A stretch of DNA of 64,000 nt from an uncultured Pelagibacteraceae bacterium (GTDB lineage: Bacteria; Pseudomonadota; Alphaproteobacteria; Pelagibacterales; Pelagibacteraceae). Location: NCBI GenBank assembly GCA_902591185.1, contig CACIZU010000001.1, positions 14,816 through 78,815 of the forward strand, written 5' to 3'. Of the stretch, positions 37,491-47,026 are shown one piece after another. The number at the start of each line of letters is the position of its first letter. Position 1 is the first letter of the stretch. The position numbers were made by a program, and so were the translations under genes. The notes beneath the pieces are model-generated. The model made no database searches and was not told where the DNA came from. It was given only the letters and a program-made list of their open reading frames with translations.

Positions 37491-40400
37491 TTTAATTGTT
37501 TTTTTAACTCAATATCTACTGCATCAATACGCTTAGTATTTTTAGCAAGAGTTAAATACATTGTAGGAGTCACATACAAAGTAAAGAAAGTTGAAATTAT
37601 CATTCCTCCTAAAATTGTAGAGCCAATAGCTAATCTTGAACCTTCACCAGCTCCAGGACCAATATTTCCAATAACCAGGGGAAGCATCGCAATCATTGTA
37701 CTTAAAGAAGTCATTATGATTGGTCGAATTCTGAGCTGACAAGCTTTAATTAAAGCTTCCTCAATTTTAATGTCAGTTGTTCTTAATTGGTTTGCATAGT
37801 CTACAATTAAAATACTGTTTTTAGTAGATATACCTATGAGTATAATTAATGCAATTTGTGAAAATATATTTACCGAGCTATTTAAAAGTAAAATAAATAC
37901 CAATCCACCAAAAACTGCAAGTGGAACAGTTAGTATTATTATAAATGGGTGAATAAAAGAATTAAAGGTTGCTGCCATAACCAAATAGGCTATTAGTAAA
38001 GCAAGAGCAAAAATTATATATATCTCATTTGTTGTTTCTTTTAGTTCCTCAGACTTTCCTTTCCATGTAATTTGATTTTGAGGAGCAACTTTAATCATTA
38101 CTCCTTCCAAGTATTTCACTGCCTCTGTTAGAGTATAATCCTCAGAAAGAGCAGCTGAAATCGTAACAGCTCTTTGACGATTATATCTTGGTAAAGCTTC
38201 TGCAGTCCCTTTTTCTTTAAACTCTACAAGACTTGCTACAGAAACTAATTTTCCTGTTGTTTCAGATCTTACAAAGATCTTTGATAAACCATCCTTATCT
38301 CTTCTATCTGCTAAATATTGTTGTAAAATAATAGGATATTCTCTTCCTTCTTTACTAAAAGATGTTACTCTTTTCCCACCATAAAGTGTCTCAAGAGTTC
38401 TTCCAATATTTTCAGTAGATACTCCTAAATCATTTGCTCTATTTTTATTTGTGATTAATTTAACTTCTGGTTTATTTTTTGTGAAATCACTCTCTATTCT
38501 AAACATATTTCTATTTTTTCTTAGCGCTCTCAAAACATTGCTTTGGATTTCTTCCAGTTCCTCATAACTAGATCCATAAATAACCATTTGCACCGGTTTA
38601 TTATAGCTTGAAACTCTTATTCCTTGAGGAGATATTGGAAAAGCAAAAGTTTCAGGAACCGAAACTACTTGTCCAATTGCTTCTCTAAGAACAGTTTGGC
38701 TACTTTTTTCTCTATTTTTCCATTCATCTAATAATGCAATTATAATAAATGTATTATAGGTTGTTGCTGACTTGCCAAAACCTGGAACCCTCATTATTAA
38801 TCTTTCATATGGGCTATTATCTGCTTGTAATAGCCTTAATATTCTACTCTCGATAATTTGAGCTTTTTCTTGAGTGTATTCAAATGAGCTTCCTTCATCA
38901 GTTGATCCTATTATTAAATAAGAACCTCTATCTTCCATTGGCAATAGTTCTTTTTTTGAAAAATTAAAAAGATAAGCGGATGCACAAATTATTAAGATTA
39001 TAAATATTGAAATAGTTTTTTTCTTATTAATCCAATATTGAAGTGAATCAATGTAAAATCCCGTAAAAGATTTAAATCCATTATTAAATTTTCTGACAAA
39101 GAAGTTAATTTTTTCTTTTTTATTCAAAAATTTACTTCCGAGCATTGGCGATAAAGTTAATGCAACAAAAGATGAGACCACAATAGAGAAAGATAATGCT
39201 ATTGCAGTTTCCTTAAACAATGTTCCAGAAATTCCTTTTATAAAAATTAGTGGTAAAAATACTGCAATTAAAATCAAAGTAGTTGCAATAATAGCAAAAG
39301 TAATTTGTTTTGAACCTTTGTATGCAGCAACTAGTGGTGTCTCACCATTTTCTATTCTTGTATATATTGCATCAGTCATAATCACAGAGTCATCAGTAAT
39401 TATTCCTATTGCTAAAATAAAACTCAATAATACAAAAATATTTATAGATAGACCAAATATATACAATCCAAGAAATGAACCAATCAAACTAACTGGCAGA
39501 GCTACTGCTGGTACAATGACTGCTTTAAGATTACCAAGAAAAAGATAAATAATTAAAACAACCAAGACAAAAGCAATGACTAAACTTTTGTATACTTCTT
39601 CGATTGCAGCACCTATGTAAGTAGCTCTATTAAATGCTATTTCTAATTTTAATCCATCAGGTAAGGATTTATTAAGTTCTTTTATTTTATCCTTAATTTG
39701 ATTAGATAGCTCTACTGTTGAAGCTCCACTTTTTGCATAAATTCCAATTCCAACAGTTTTAAGATTCACTGCATTTTTCCTTTGTGCTTTAAATAAGGTT
39801 TTTTCTGAAACAGGCCCAAATTCAACATTTGCAACATCCGAAAGTATTATTACTTTGTCTTTATTTTTTCTAAGAGGAAGCTGCTTTATTGTATCTATAT
39901 TTGTATAAGATTTATCAATATTTAGCGTTAAATCTTTATTATTTGCCTCCAATGTACCAGCAGGAAGGTTGATATTTTCATTTCTTAAGGCTCTTTCAAC
40001 TTCTTGGATTGTAAGATCGTTGGCAGCTAGTTTTATTGGATCTATCCATACTCTAACACTTAGCTCTCTTAGTCCTCCAACCAAGATTCTCCCTACATTT
40101 GGTACACTTGAAAATGCATCTATAAGATATCTTTCAGCATAATCTCCAAGATCTAGATCGCTCCATGTTGGAGAAGAAAGTGCTACCCACATCGTTGTTG
40201 TGAAACCTGCTGCTTGTTTCAAAATTTGTGGTGGATTTGACTCACTTGGTAGATTGTCCACAACACGTGCAACTCTTTCTCTTATATCATTTGCTGCATC
40301 ATCTAAGTCTATATCTGTATTAAATTGAATATTAATTCTACTTCTTCCATTTAAAGAGCTTGAGTCGATGTTTTTGATACCCTCAGCCCCACCAATAACA

Positions 40401-40609
40401 TCTTCAAGTTTTTGAGTTATTTCTTCATCGACTATTTCTGCTGATGCAGATTTATAATCTGTTTGGACTTGAACAACAGGTGGTTGAATACCGTCTGGAA
40501 GTTCCCGCACAGGTAACTCTGAAAAAACGAATATACCAAAAATAATTAAGATCAAAGACATGACCCAAGCTACAACAGGTCGTTTAATACTTACTTCAGT
40601 TATATACAT
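37487..40609 (-). CDS. RND efflux permease (AcrB/MexW-like)
   Basis: 1040 aa; IKRPV, GIITDDSVI (TM4 Asp pair), KNSILIVD, RIRPIIMTS. Confidence 0.95.
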   Translation of the reverse strand: MYITEVSIKRPVVAWVMSLILIIFGIFVFSELPVRELPDGIQPPVVQVQTDYKSASAEIVDEEITQKLEDVIGGAEGIKNIDSSSLNGRSRINIQFNTDIDLDDAANDIRERVARVVDNLPSESNPPQILKQAAGFTTTMWVALSSPTWSDLDLGDYAERYLIDAFSSVPNVGRILVGGLRELSVRVWIDPIKLAANDLTIQEVERALRNENINLPAGTLEANNKDLTLNIDKSYTNIDTIKQLPLRKNKDKVIILSDVANVEFGPVSEKTLFKAQRKNAVNLKTVGIGIYAKSGASTVELSNQIKDKIKELNKSLPDGLKLEIAFNRATYIGAAIEEVYKSLVIAFVLVVLIIYLFLGNLKAVIVPAVALPVSLIGSFLGLYIFGLSINIFVLLSFILAIGIITDDSVIMTDAIYTRIENGETPLVAAYKGSKQITFAIIATTLILIAVFLPLIFIKGISGTLFKETAIALSFSIVVSSFVALTLSPMLGSKFLNKKEKINFFVRKFNNGFKSFTGFYIDSLQYWINKKKTISIFIILIICASAYLFNFSKKELLPMEDRGSYLIIGSTDEGSSFEYTQEKAQIIESRILRLLQADNSPYERLIMRVPGFGKSATTYNTFIIIALLDEWKNREKSSQTVLREAIGQVVSVPETFAFPISPQGIRVSSYNKPVQMVIYGSSYEELEEIQSNVLRALRKNRNMFRIESDFTKNKPEVKLITNKNRANDLGVSTENIGRTLETLYGGKRVTSFSKEGREYPIILQQYLADRRDKDGLSKIFVRSETTGKLVSVASLVEFKEKGTAEALPRYNRQRAVTISAALSEDYTLTEAVKYLEGVMIKVAPQNQITWKGKSEELKETTNEIYIIFALALLIAYLVMAATFNSFIHPFIIILTVPLAVFGGLVFILLLNSSVNIFSQIALIILIGISTKNSILIVDYANQLRTTDIKIEEALIKACQLRIRPIIMTSLSTMIAMLPLVIGNIGPGAGEGSRLAIGSTILGGMIISTFFTLYVTPTMYLTLAKNTKRIDAVDIELKKQLN

Positions 40610-40616
40610 TTAATTA

Positions 40617-41609
40617 TTATTTTTCTTTTTTTGATTTTTTGAAAATATTTTTTAACCAATCAAATTTACCTTTTTTTTCTTCAACTTTTTTTGATTTCTT
40701 TTTTTTACCCCACCCAGAGTTTTCTTGTTTTTTTTTTGCTCCTTTTTCAATTGGTCTTATTGTTAAATTTGGTCTAACTTTTTTGGTTCCCTCTGCAACA
40801 ATTTTATCACCATTATTTAATCCATCTAAAATTTCAACAAATCCTAAATATCTATCACCGATAGTTACTTTTGTTTTTATTACTTTATTTTTTTCATCAA
40901 CTTTGTAAATAAATACATTTTCACCCTCAACTATAGTGCTTGTATCAGGTGCACTTAAGCCGTCTCTAACGTCATACTTAATTGAGATCTCTAGGAATGA
41001 ACCAGGAAGTATTTCACCAGACATATTGTCCATCTTTATTCTTGTAGCTAAAGATCTTGTGTCTTCACTTATTCTACTTGCAAAAGAGTCTATCTCTCCT
41101 TTATAGATTTTATTTTTATAACCAGAAAATTTTATATCAACTGGTAAGCCAACCTCAATAAATGGCACGAAAATTTCAGGTATATCTACATCACAATATA
41201 TTGAACTAGTATCTTCGAGATTAATTATTATGGAGGATTTTGAAACCTCTAAATCATCAGAGAACGCTCTTTTTCCAATAATACCATCAAATTGTGCAAT
41301 AATCTTTCTATTTTTAAGATTAGCAATAACATCTCCTTTTTTAACTTTTTGATTAAAGTTTATTGGTTTTAGTATTTCGTATTTTTCTATTTTGAATGAT
41401 TGTGTTTGAATTGGAGCTGCGGTTCCATATGTACTGATTATATTTTCAAAAACTATTTCTTGTGTCTTAGTTACTATTATTCCAGGAGGTGGTCTTTTAC
41501 TAAATTTTTTTTTGAAGTGGTTTCCAATCATTGTTCTGCCAATGATTACAGTTGAAATGATTAAGAAAAATATAATTATAATACTTGTGACTTTTGTGGA
41601 TGTTTTCAT
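40617..41609 (-). CDS. RND periplasmic adaptor (MFP) lacking the alpha-hairpin
   Basis: N-terminal TM anchor, QKVKKGDVIA and IIAQFDGIIG lipoyl halves, DVDIPE, LPGSF, VEILDGL..GDKIVAEG; upstream of RND permease. Confidence 0.88.
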   Translation of the reverse strand: MKTSTKVTSIIIIFFLIISTVIIGRTMIGNHFKKKFSKRPPPGIIVTKTQEIVFENIISTYGTAAPIQTQSFKIEKYEILKPINFNQKVKKGDVIANLKNRKIIAQFDGIIGKRAFSDDLEVSKSSIIINLEDTSSIYCDVDIPEIFVPFIEVGLPVDIKFSGYKNKIYKGEIDSFASRISEDTRSLATRIKMDNMSGEILPGSFLEISIKYDVRDGLSAPDTSTIVEGENVFIYKVDEKNKVIKTKVTIGDRYLGFVEILDGLNNGDKIVAEGTKKVRPNLTIRPIEKGAKKKQENSGWGKKKKSKKVEEKKGKFDWLKNIFKKSKKEK

Positions 41610-41612
41610 TAA

Positions 41613-42425
41613 TTAGTTCTTTCCATACTCTGACCATGAGCCATCGTATATTGTGGGCATATATTTAGCATTTATTAGGGAATAAGCTAGTGCCAATACG
41701 CTAGCAGTAACACCTGAACCACATGAAAATACTATATTTTTATTAAGGTCAAAATTAAATGACTTAAATTTTTTCGAGATTTCGTCTTTGCTAATAAATG
41801 TTTTATCCTCGTTTATTAATTCTCCAAAAGGTAGGCAAAAAGAATTTTTTATTGATCCACTTCTTAAACCTTTTCTAGGTTCAGGAACTTTACCCTCAAA
41901 TCTATCTCTACTTCTTGCATCAATAACATTAAAATCCTTTATATTGATATTTTCATCTATCTGTTTTTTATTTTTAACAAGTTCTATATTTTCTTTACAT
42001 AAATAAACTGAAGTCTCAGTGATCACCTCTTTATTGTTTGTAGTTTTATTTTCTTTTTTCCATTTTTTTAATCCTCCATCTAGTACGTGAACTAGTTTTG
42101 GATTATGACCATAGTAAATTAAATTATACCAACATCTACAAGAACTGATAACATCAGAGTTATCATAAATTACTATTCTATCTTTATTTTCTATACCCAT
42201 ATTGCTCATTATATTTTCCCATGATTTAGAATCGGTCAACATATGTGGCAGATCTGTATCTGTCTTTGAATTTTTATCTAAGTCAAAAAAAATTGCATTT
42301 GGTATATGCTCTTCAGTATACTCCTCAAAACCATTTCTTTGAGTTTGTGGCATATGCCAAGAGCAATCAATAATTTTAACATTATTAATATTATCTTCCA
42401 GCCAATTTGTATCCACCAAAGACAT
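41613..42425 (-). CDS. sseA: 3-mercaptopyruvate/thiosulfate sulfurtransferase
   Basis: Tandem rhodanese: HIPNA, VLDGG, DARS, SCGSGVTA, YDGSWSEY. Confidence 0.93.
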   Translation of the reverse strand: MSLVDTNWLEDNINNVKIIDCSWHMPQTQRNGFEEYTEEHIPNAIFFDLDKNSKTDTDLPHMLTDSKSWENIMSNMGIENKDRIVIYDNSDVISSCRCWYNLIYYGHNPKLVHVLDGGLKKWKKENKTTNNKEVITETSVYLCKENIELVKNKKQIDENINIKDFNVIDARSRDRFEGKVPEPRKGLRSGSIKNSFCLPFGELINEDKTFISKDEISKKFKSFNFDLNKNIVFSCGSGVTASVLALAYSLINAKYMPTIYDGSWSEYGKN

Positions 42426-42426
42426 T

Positions 42427-42870
42427 TTATCTTTTTTCCAAATATCGCTGATGATATTCTTCTGCTGGACAATAATTTTTAACTAAAGAAACTTTAGTAA
42501 CAACTTTTCCAGATAATTTGATATTTTCTTTCTCAATAATTTTCTCAGCAGTAACTTTTTGTTGATCATTTAAACAAAATATTTCACTTCTATATTGCGT
42601 TCCAAAATCAGGCCCTTGAGAATTTAAAGTAGTCGGATCATGAATTTCGAAAAAATATTCAAGAATTTTTTCATAAGAAATTATTTCAGGGTCAAAATCT
42701 AATTTAACTACTTCTGCATGATTTGTTGTACCCGAACACACTTCTTTATAATCTGTTTTAGTATTATGACCGCCACAATAACCTACTTCAGTTTTTATAA
42801 TTCCATTAAGTTTACTAAATTTAATTTCCGGTCCCCAAAAACATCCCAATCCTAAAATTGCTATTTCCAT
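42427..42870 (-). CDS. msrA: Peptide-methionine (S)-S-oxide reductase
   Basis: GCFWG, HAEVV, HDPT..QGPDFGTQYRS, AEEYHQ. Confidence 0.96.
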   Translation of the reverse strand: MEIAILGLGCFWGPEIKFSKLNGIIKTEVGYCGGHNTKTDYKEVCSGTTNHAEVVKLDFDPEIISYEKILEYFFEIHDPTTLNSQGPDFGTQYRSEIFCLNDQQKVTAEKIIEKENIKLSGKVVTKVSLVKNYCPAEEYHQRYLEKR

Positions 42871-42904
42871 TGATAATTAACTTAATTAATTTAAAGTTAA
42901 ACAT

Positions 42905-43786
42905 ATGTTGTCAAAAAATCAATTAGGCTTTTTTTACATGTTCATTTCTGTATGTGCATTTTCTTTAATGGATGTGATAGTTAAATGGTCTGATGCTTAT
43001 CCGGTTGGAGAAGTATTATTCTTTAGGGGCTTTTTTGGAATAATTCCAATTTTATTTCTTATTCCAAAAGATAGGTATCTTGACTTTTATAAAACAAACA
43101 GAACTTTCTTGCATTTTAAAAGATGCTTAGCAGGATTAATAGCGATAATTTCAATATTTATTGCTTTAAGGAATTTACCTTTAGCAACTGTTGTGAGTAT
43201 TTCATTTGCAGCGCCAATATTTACAACTATTTTTTCAATATTTTTATTGAATGAAAAAGTAGGCTTTTATAGATGGTTAGCTGTTTTCGTAGGCTTTATA
43301 GGAATTATTGTTATTTCAGAGCCAGGATTTAGTTCCCTAAATTTTTATTACATTTATCCAATAATTTTTTGTTTAGGCTTATCGTACGTTGCTATTGCTA
43401 TAAGAAAATTATCTTCTACGGAGCCAGTCTGGTTAATTAGTTTTTTCTTTTCTTTTTCAATAATGATTTTAAGTTTTTTTACTTTTTATCAAAATTGGAT
43501 AATGCCAAGTGTCAAAGATCTATTTTTGCTATCAATGATAGGAATATTGGGAGGTCTCGCAAATTTATGGTTGTCTCAATCTTATAAACTTTCAGAAGTA
43601 AGTCTGGTGTCACCATTAAAATATTTAGCTTTAGTTTTTGCTATAATTTTTGGCTATTTCATTTGGAATGAAATACCCACAACAAAAACTTTAGTAGGAG
43701 CTTTACTGGTAATTTTTTCTTCATTTATAATATTTAAAAGAGAAATGGTTTTAAAGAAACGCGTATCAGTTACTAGACATGAGTAA
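42905..43786 (+). CDS. DMT/EamA family transporter
   Basis: About 10 hydrophobic segments in two repeats, LPLA..ISFAAPIF, LNEKVGFYRW. Confidence 0.88.
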   Translation: MLSKNQLGFFYMFISVCAFSLMDVIVKWSDAYPVGEVLFFRGFFGIIPILFLIPKDRYLDFYKTNRTFLHFKRCLAGLIAIISIFIALRNLPLATVVSISFAAPIFTTIFSIFLLNEKVGFYRWLAVFVGFIGIIVISEPGFSSLNFYYIYPIIFCLGLSYVAIAIRKLSSTEPVWLISFFFSFSIMILSFFTFYQNWIMPSVKDLFLLSMIGILGGLANLWLSQSYKLSEVSLVSPLKYLALVFAIIFGYFIWNEIPTTKTLVGALLVIFSSFIIFKREMVLKKRVSVTRHE

Positions 43787-44414
43787 AACACCTAGATATT
43801 GGAATACTGCAAAGAAATACTTGTCTAAAAAAGATAAAGTAATGTCTTCTTTAATTAAAAAATATAAATCGCCTTCAGAGAAAGTCTTAACTTCCAGAAA
43901 AGATGTTTTTTTCTCTCTTTGTAAAAGTATAATTGGTCAGCAAATCAGTGTAGCAGCAGCAAATTCTGTTTTTTTAAAGTTTAAAAAGAAATGTAAAAAT
44001 AAAATTAATGCAAAAACTGTTAATAAATTATCTGTTATTCAATTAAAAAGTTGTGGATTAAGTAGACAAAAAGTTAAAGGTATTAAAAGCTTGGCTCAAC
44101 AAGTATTAAACAAAACTTTTAATCCAAGACTTATCTCAAAAATGTCAGACGAAGATGCTATTGTATATCTTTCTCAACTAAGACAAATTGGAAGATGGTC
44201 AGCTGAAATGATTTTATTATTTACCTATAATCGTTCAAATATTTGGCCGATACAAGATATAGGTTTACTTAGAGCGATATCTAAAAATTATAAGAAGAAA
44301 TATTTACCTCCAGAAAATTATGTGAAGTTATTAAATAAAAGATTTTCACCTTATTCTTCAGTTGCGACTTGGTATTTATGGAGAAGTATCGATCCAGAAC
44401 CTATTCAGTACTAA
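43779..44414 (+). CDS. alkA: DNA-3-methyladenine glycosylase II (HhH-GPD)
   Basis: SIIGQQISVAAA, GLSRQK, LRQIGRWSAEM, D catalytic in PIQDIG, PYSSVATWYLW. Confidence 0.88.
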   Translation: MSKTPRYWNTAKKYLSKKDKVMSSLIKKYKSPSEKVLTSRKDVFFSLCKSIIGQQISVAAANSVFLKFKKKCKNKINAKTVNKLSVIQLKSCGLSRQKVKGIKSLAQQVLNKTFNPRLISKMSDEDAIVYLSQLRQIGRWSAEMILLFTYNRSNIWPIQDIGLLRAISKNYKKKYLPPENYVKLLNKRFSPYSSVATWYLWRSIDPEPIQY

Positions 44415-44700
44415 AACCTTCAATTACCTGCATATGTCTAATAGTTGTGTCTTTCGCCAGATCCCATCCTGCCTGATATTCTTTAGAATTATGACATTCA
44501 ATAGCTTTCTCATAATTTGGAAATTCCCATATAACAGATCTAACAAAATCGTCTCCATCATAAGTTTTATGTTCACCGCCTCTTACAAGAGGTATGCCTC
44601 CAAAACTTTTAATAATAGGAGTTACCACTTCGGCATATTTTTTTAAGTTTTCCTGATTTTCAATTTTTGAATATAAGCTTATCCAGTAACCTTTTTTCAT
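44401..44700 (-). CDS. DUF1330 family protein
   Basis: MKKGYWI, FGG..LVRGG, VIWEFP, SKEYQA, MQVIEG. Confidence 0.85.
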   Translation of the reverse strand: MKKGYWISLYSKIENQENLKKYAEVVTPIIKSFGGIPLVRGGEHKTYDGDDFVRSVIWEFPNYEKAIECHNSKEYQAGWDLAKDTTIRHMQVIEGFSTE

Positions 44701-44736
44701 TTTAATTAACTTATTTTTTTAATTTATATAGTTCAA

Positions 44737-45417
44737 TCATAATTTATGAGTTTCTGAAACAAGCTGTGCAACGATTGATAAAGCTATTTCAGGAGCAGAT
44801 TTTCCGCCAAGTTTAATGCCTATTGGACCATGTATAGTAGCAATCTCTTCTTCGTTGAATCCAGCTTCTTTTAATCTTTGACATCTATCTGTATGAGTTT
44901 TTTTGCTTCCAAGAGCACCTATATAAAAAAAATTATTTTTTAAAGCATGTTGTAGTGCCGGGTCATCTATTTTTGGATCATGTGTTAAAACAATTAATGC
45001 TGTACTAGAACTTGTTTCAATTTTTTTAAAAACTTCCTTGGGCCATTCATTTATAATTTTAACATTTTTGAATCTTTGTTCAGAAGTAAAATATTTTCTT
45101 GGATCAATAATTGTAATTACAAAATTTAGATTCTTAATAAAATCAATTAAATACTGAGCAATATGAACGGCACCCACAATTATTACTTCAATTGGTTTAA
45201 TATGATTATGAATAAATATTTGTGTTTCTTTAATAATACCATTTTTTTTTAAATTATAATAATTTTCAATTTCTTTTTTATAATTTTCAAATTCTTTACT
45301 TAATGGTTTTCCTAATTCAAATATTTCGCTATTACCATTTGTTATATTTGTTAAAACTGCAAATTGTTCTTTAGAAGAGTTTTTTTTTATAATTTCTTTA
45401 AGTATTTCTATTTTCAT
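44737..45417 (-). CDS. XdhC/CoxI accessory protein, C-terminal Rossmann part
   Basis: IVGAVHIA, IIDPR, LTHDPKIDD, YIGALGSKK, IHGPIG..PEIALSI. Confidence 0.9.
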   Translation of the reverse strand: MKIEILKEIIKKNSSKEQFAVLTNITNGNSEIFELGKPLSKEFENYKKEIENYYNLKKNGIIKETQIFIHNHIKPIEVIIVGAVHIAQYLIDFIKNLNFVITIIDPRKYFTSEQRFKNVKIINEWPKEVFKKIETSSSTALIVLTHDPKIDDPALQHALKNNFFYIGALGSKKTHTDRCQRLKEAGFNEEEIATIHGPIGIKLGGKSAPEIALSIVAQLVSETHKL

Positions 45418-45746
45418 GAATTAATTTGTTCAATATAAATTATAATTTCTCCTCCACATGAGAGGCCCACATCCCAAGCATTTTCGTTTGAAACTTTGAA
45501 TTCTATTTTTTTAAATGGATTATTGTTTTTTATTAACTCTAAGCATTCTTTTATTACGTTTGATTCGACACAACCGCCAGATACGGATCCTGAAAAGTCA
45601 CCTTTTTCATTAACTATCATTCTACTTCCAATTTGACGTGGAGAAGATCCCCAAGTTTGAATAACTGTTGCAAGAATTACTTTTTGATTAGATTTTAACC
45701 ATGAGTTTGCTTCTTCAAAAATAGTTTCATCAAATGATTTTTTCAT
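45414..45746 (-). CDS. XdhC/CoxI accessory protein, N-terminal part
   Basis: ATVIQTWGSSPR, GSVSGGCVE, AWDVGLSCGG. Confidence 0.9.
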   Translation of the reverse strand: MKKSFDETIFEEANSWLKSNQKVILATVIQTWGSSPRQIGSRMIVNEKGDFSGSVSGGCVESNVIKECLELIKNNNPFKKIEFKVSNENAWDVGLSCGGEIIIYIEQINS

Positions 45747-45795
45747 TTTATAAATTCTTCTTTTTAATTTTTTTATTTATGATACCAAATTTATA

Positions 45796-46119
45796 ATGAA
45801 AAAATTATTTATAAATCTTTTGAAAGCTTTATTATTTTTAATATTAACATCAATTATTCACGTTAATGCTGATGAATTATTTAATAAAGGAAAAGAGGTA
45901 TTTCTTGAAGCAGGCAATTGTGCGGCATGTCATACTCTCTCTGATGCAGGATCAGATGGTAATATTGGACCAAATTTAAATGAAATCAAACCAGATGTTC
46001 AAAGAATTCTTATGGCAGTTAAAAATGGAGTAGGAGTGATGCCAGCGATGGAAGGTTTATTATCAAATGAGGAAATTGAAGCTGTTGCACATTATGTTTC
46101 TGTAAGTGCAGACCAATAA
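45796..46119 (+). CDS. Periplasmic monoheme class I cytochrome c (SorU/c6-like)
   Basis: Signal peptide, CAACH, GPNL, distal Met in GVMPA. Confidence 0.92.
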   Translation: MKKLFINLLKALLFLILTSIIHVNADELFNKGKEVFLEAGNCAACHTLSDAGSDGNIGPNLNEIKPDVQRILMAVKNGVGVMPAMEGLLSNEEIEAVAHYVSVSADQ

Positions 46120-46126
46120 AAAGTCT

Positions 46127-47026
46127 TTAACTATAATTTTTGATCCAATATTTAGCTATATCTACTCTTTTACAAATCCAAATATCTTTAAACTTTAGAA
46201 CATAATTTAAAAATCTTTTAAGTGATTGTATTCTGCCAGGTCTTCCAATTAATCTACAATGCAAACCAACAGACATCATTTTTGGTGAAACTCTTCCTTC
46301 TTCGTAAAGAGTATCAAAACTATCTTTTAAATAATTGTAAAATTGATCTCCAGAATTAAAACCTTGGTTAGTTGCAAATCTCATATCGTTGTTATCAAGA
46401 GTGTAAGGAATCATTAATTGTTTTTTACTACCTTTTCTTACCCAATATGGAAGATCATCACTATAGGTATCACTACAATATAAAAAATTACCATTTTCAA
46501 TTACTAAATCTAAAGTATTTGTACTACATCGTCCAGTATACCAGCCATCAGGATTAGAATTAAAATTTTTTTTAATAGATTTAATTGCTAATTTCATGTC
46601 ATTTTTTTCTTTAGCTTTTGAAACATTTTGATAATCGATCCATCTCCAACCATGTGAAGCAACTTCATATTTAGCTTTTTTAATTGCTTTGCAAACTTCT
46701 TTATTTCTTTCCAAAGCCATACCAACCCCAAATATTGTTAATGGAATTTTTTTTCTTGTGAATAAATCATGTATCCTCCAAAAACCTCTTCTGGATCCAT
46801 ATTCATAAATTGACTCCATGTTGAGATTTCTACCCTTAATTGGTTTTGCTCCTATAATTTCTGATAAGAAAGTTTCAGAGTATTTGTCTCCATGCAAAAC
46901 ATTATTTTCAGCACCTTCTTCATAATTTAGTACAAATTGAAGAGCTAGCTTTGCATTGCGAGGCCATTTAACTTTTATCTTTTTGGATCCATAACCAATT
47001 AAGTCTCTTGGATATTTTTTTTTCAT
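46127..47026 (-). CDS. puuE: Metal-independent allantoinase PuuE
   Basis: YPRDLIGYG, FVLNYEEGAE, ESIYEYGSR, HGWRWIDY, GWYTGR, DNNDMRF, GLHCRLIGRPGR. Confidence 0.95.
   Translation of the reverse strand: MKKKYPRDLIGYGSKKIKVKWPRNAKLALQFVLNYEEGAENNVLHGDKYSETFLSEIIGAKPIKGRNLNMESIYEYGSRRGFWRIHDLFTRKKIPLTIFGVGMALERNKEVCKAIKKAKYEVASHGWRWIDYQNVSKAKEKNDMKLAIKSIKKNFNSNPDGWYTGRCSTNTLDLVIENGNFLYCSDTYSDDLPYWVRKGSKKQLMIPYTLDNNDMRFATNQGFNSGDQFYNYLKDSFDTLYEEGRVSPKMMSVGLHCRLIGRPGRIQSLKRFLNYVLKFKDIWICKRVDIAKYWIKNYS

Noticed and set aside
43779-44700. alkA and DUF1330 next to the purine cluster as possible pathway members
   Set aside because: Adjacency only; both are widespread genes and nothing in the sequence links them to purine catabolism.
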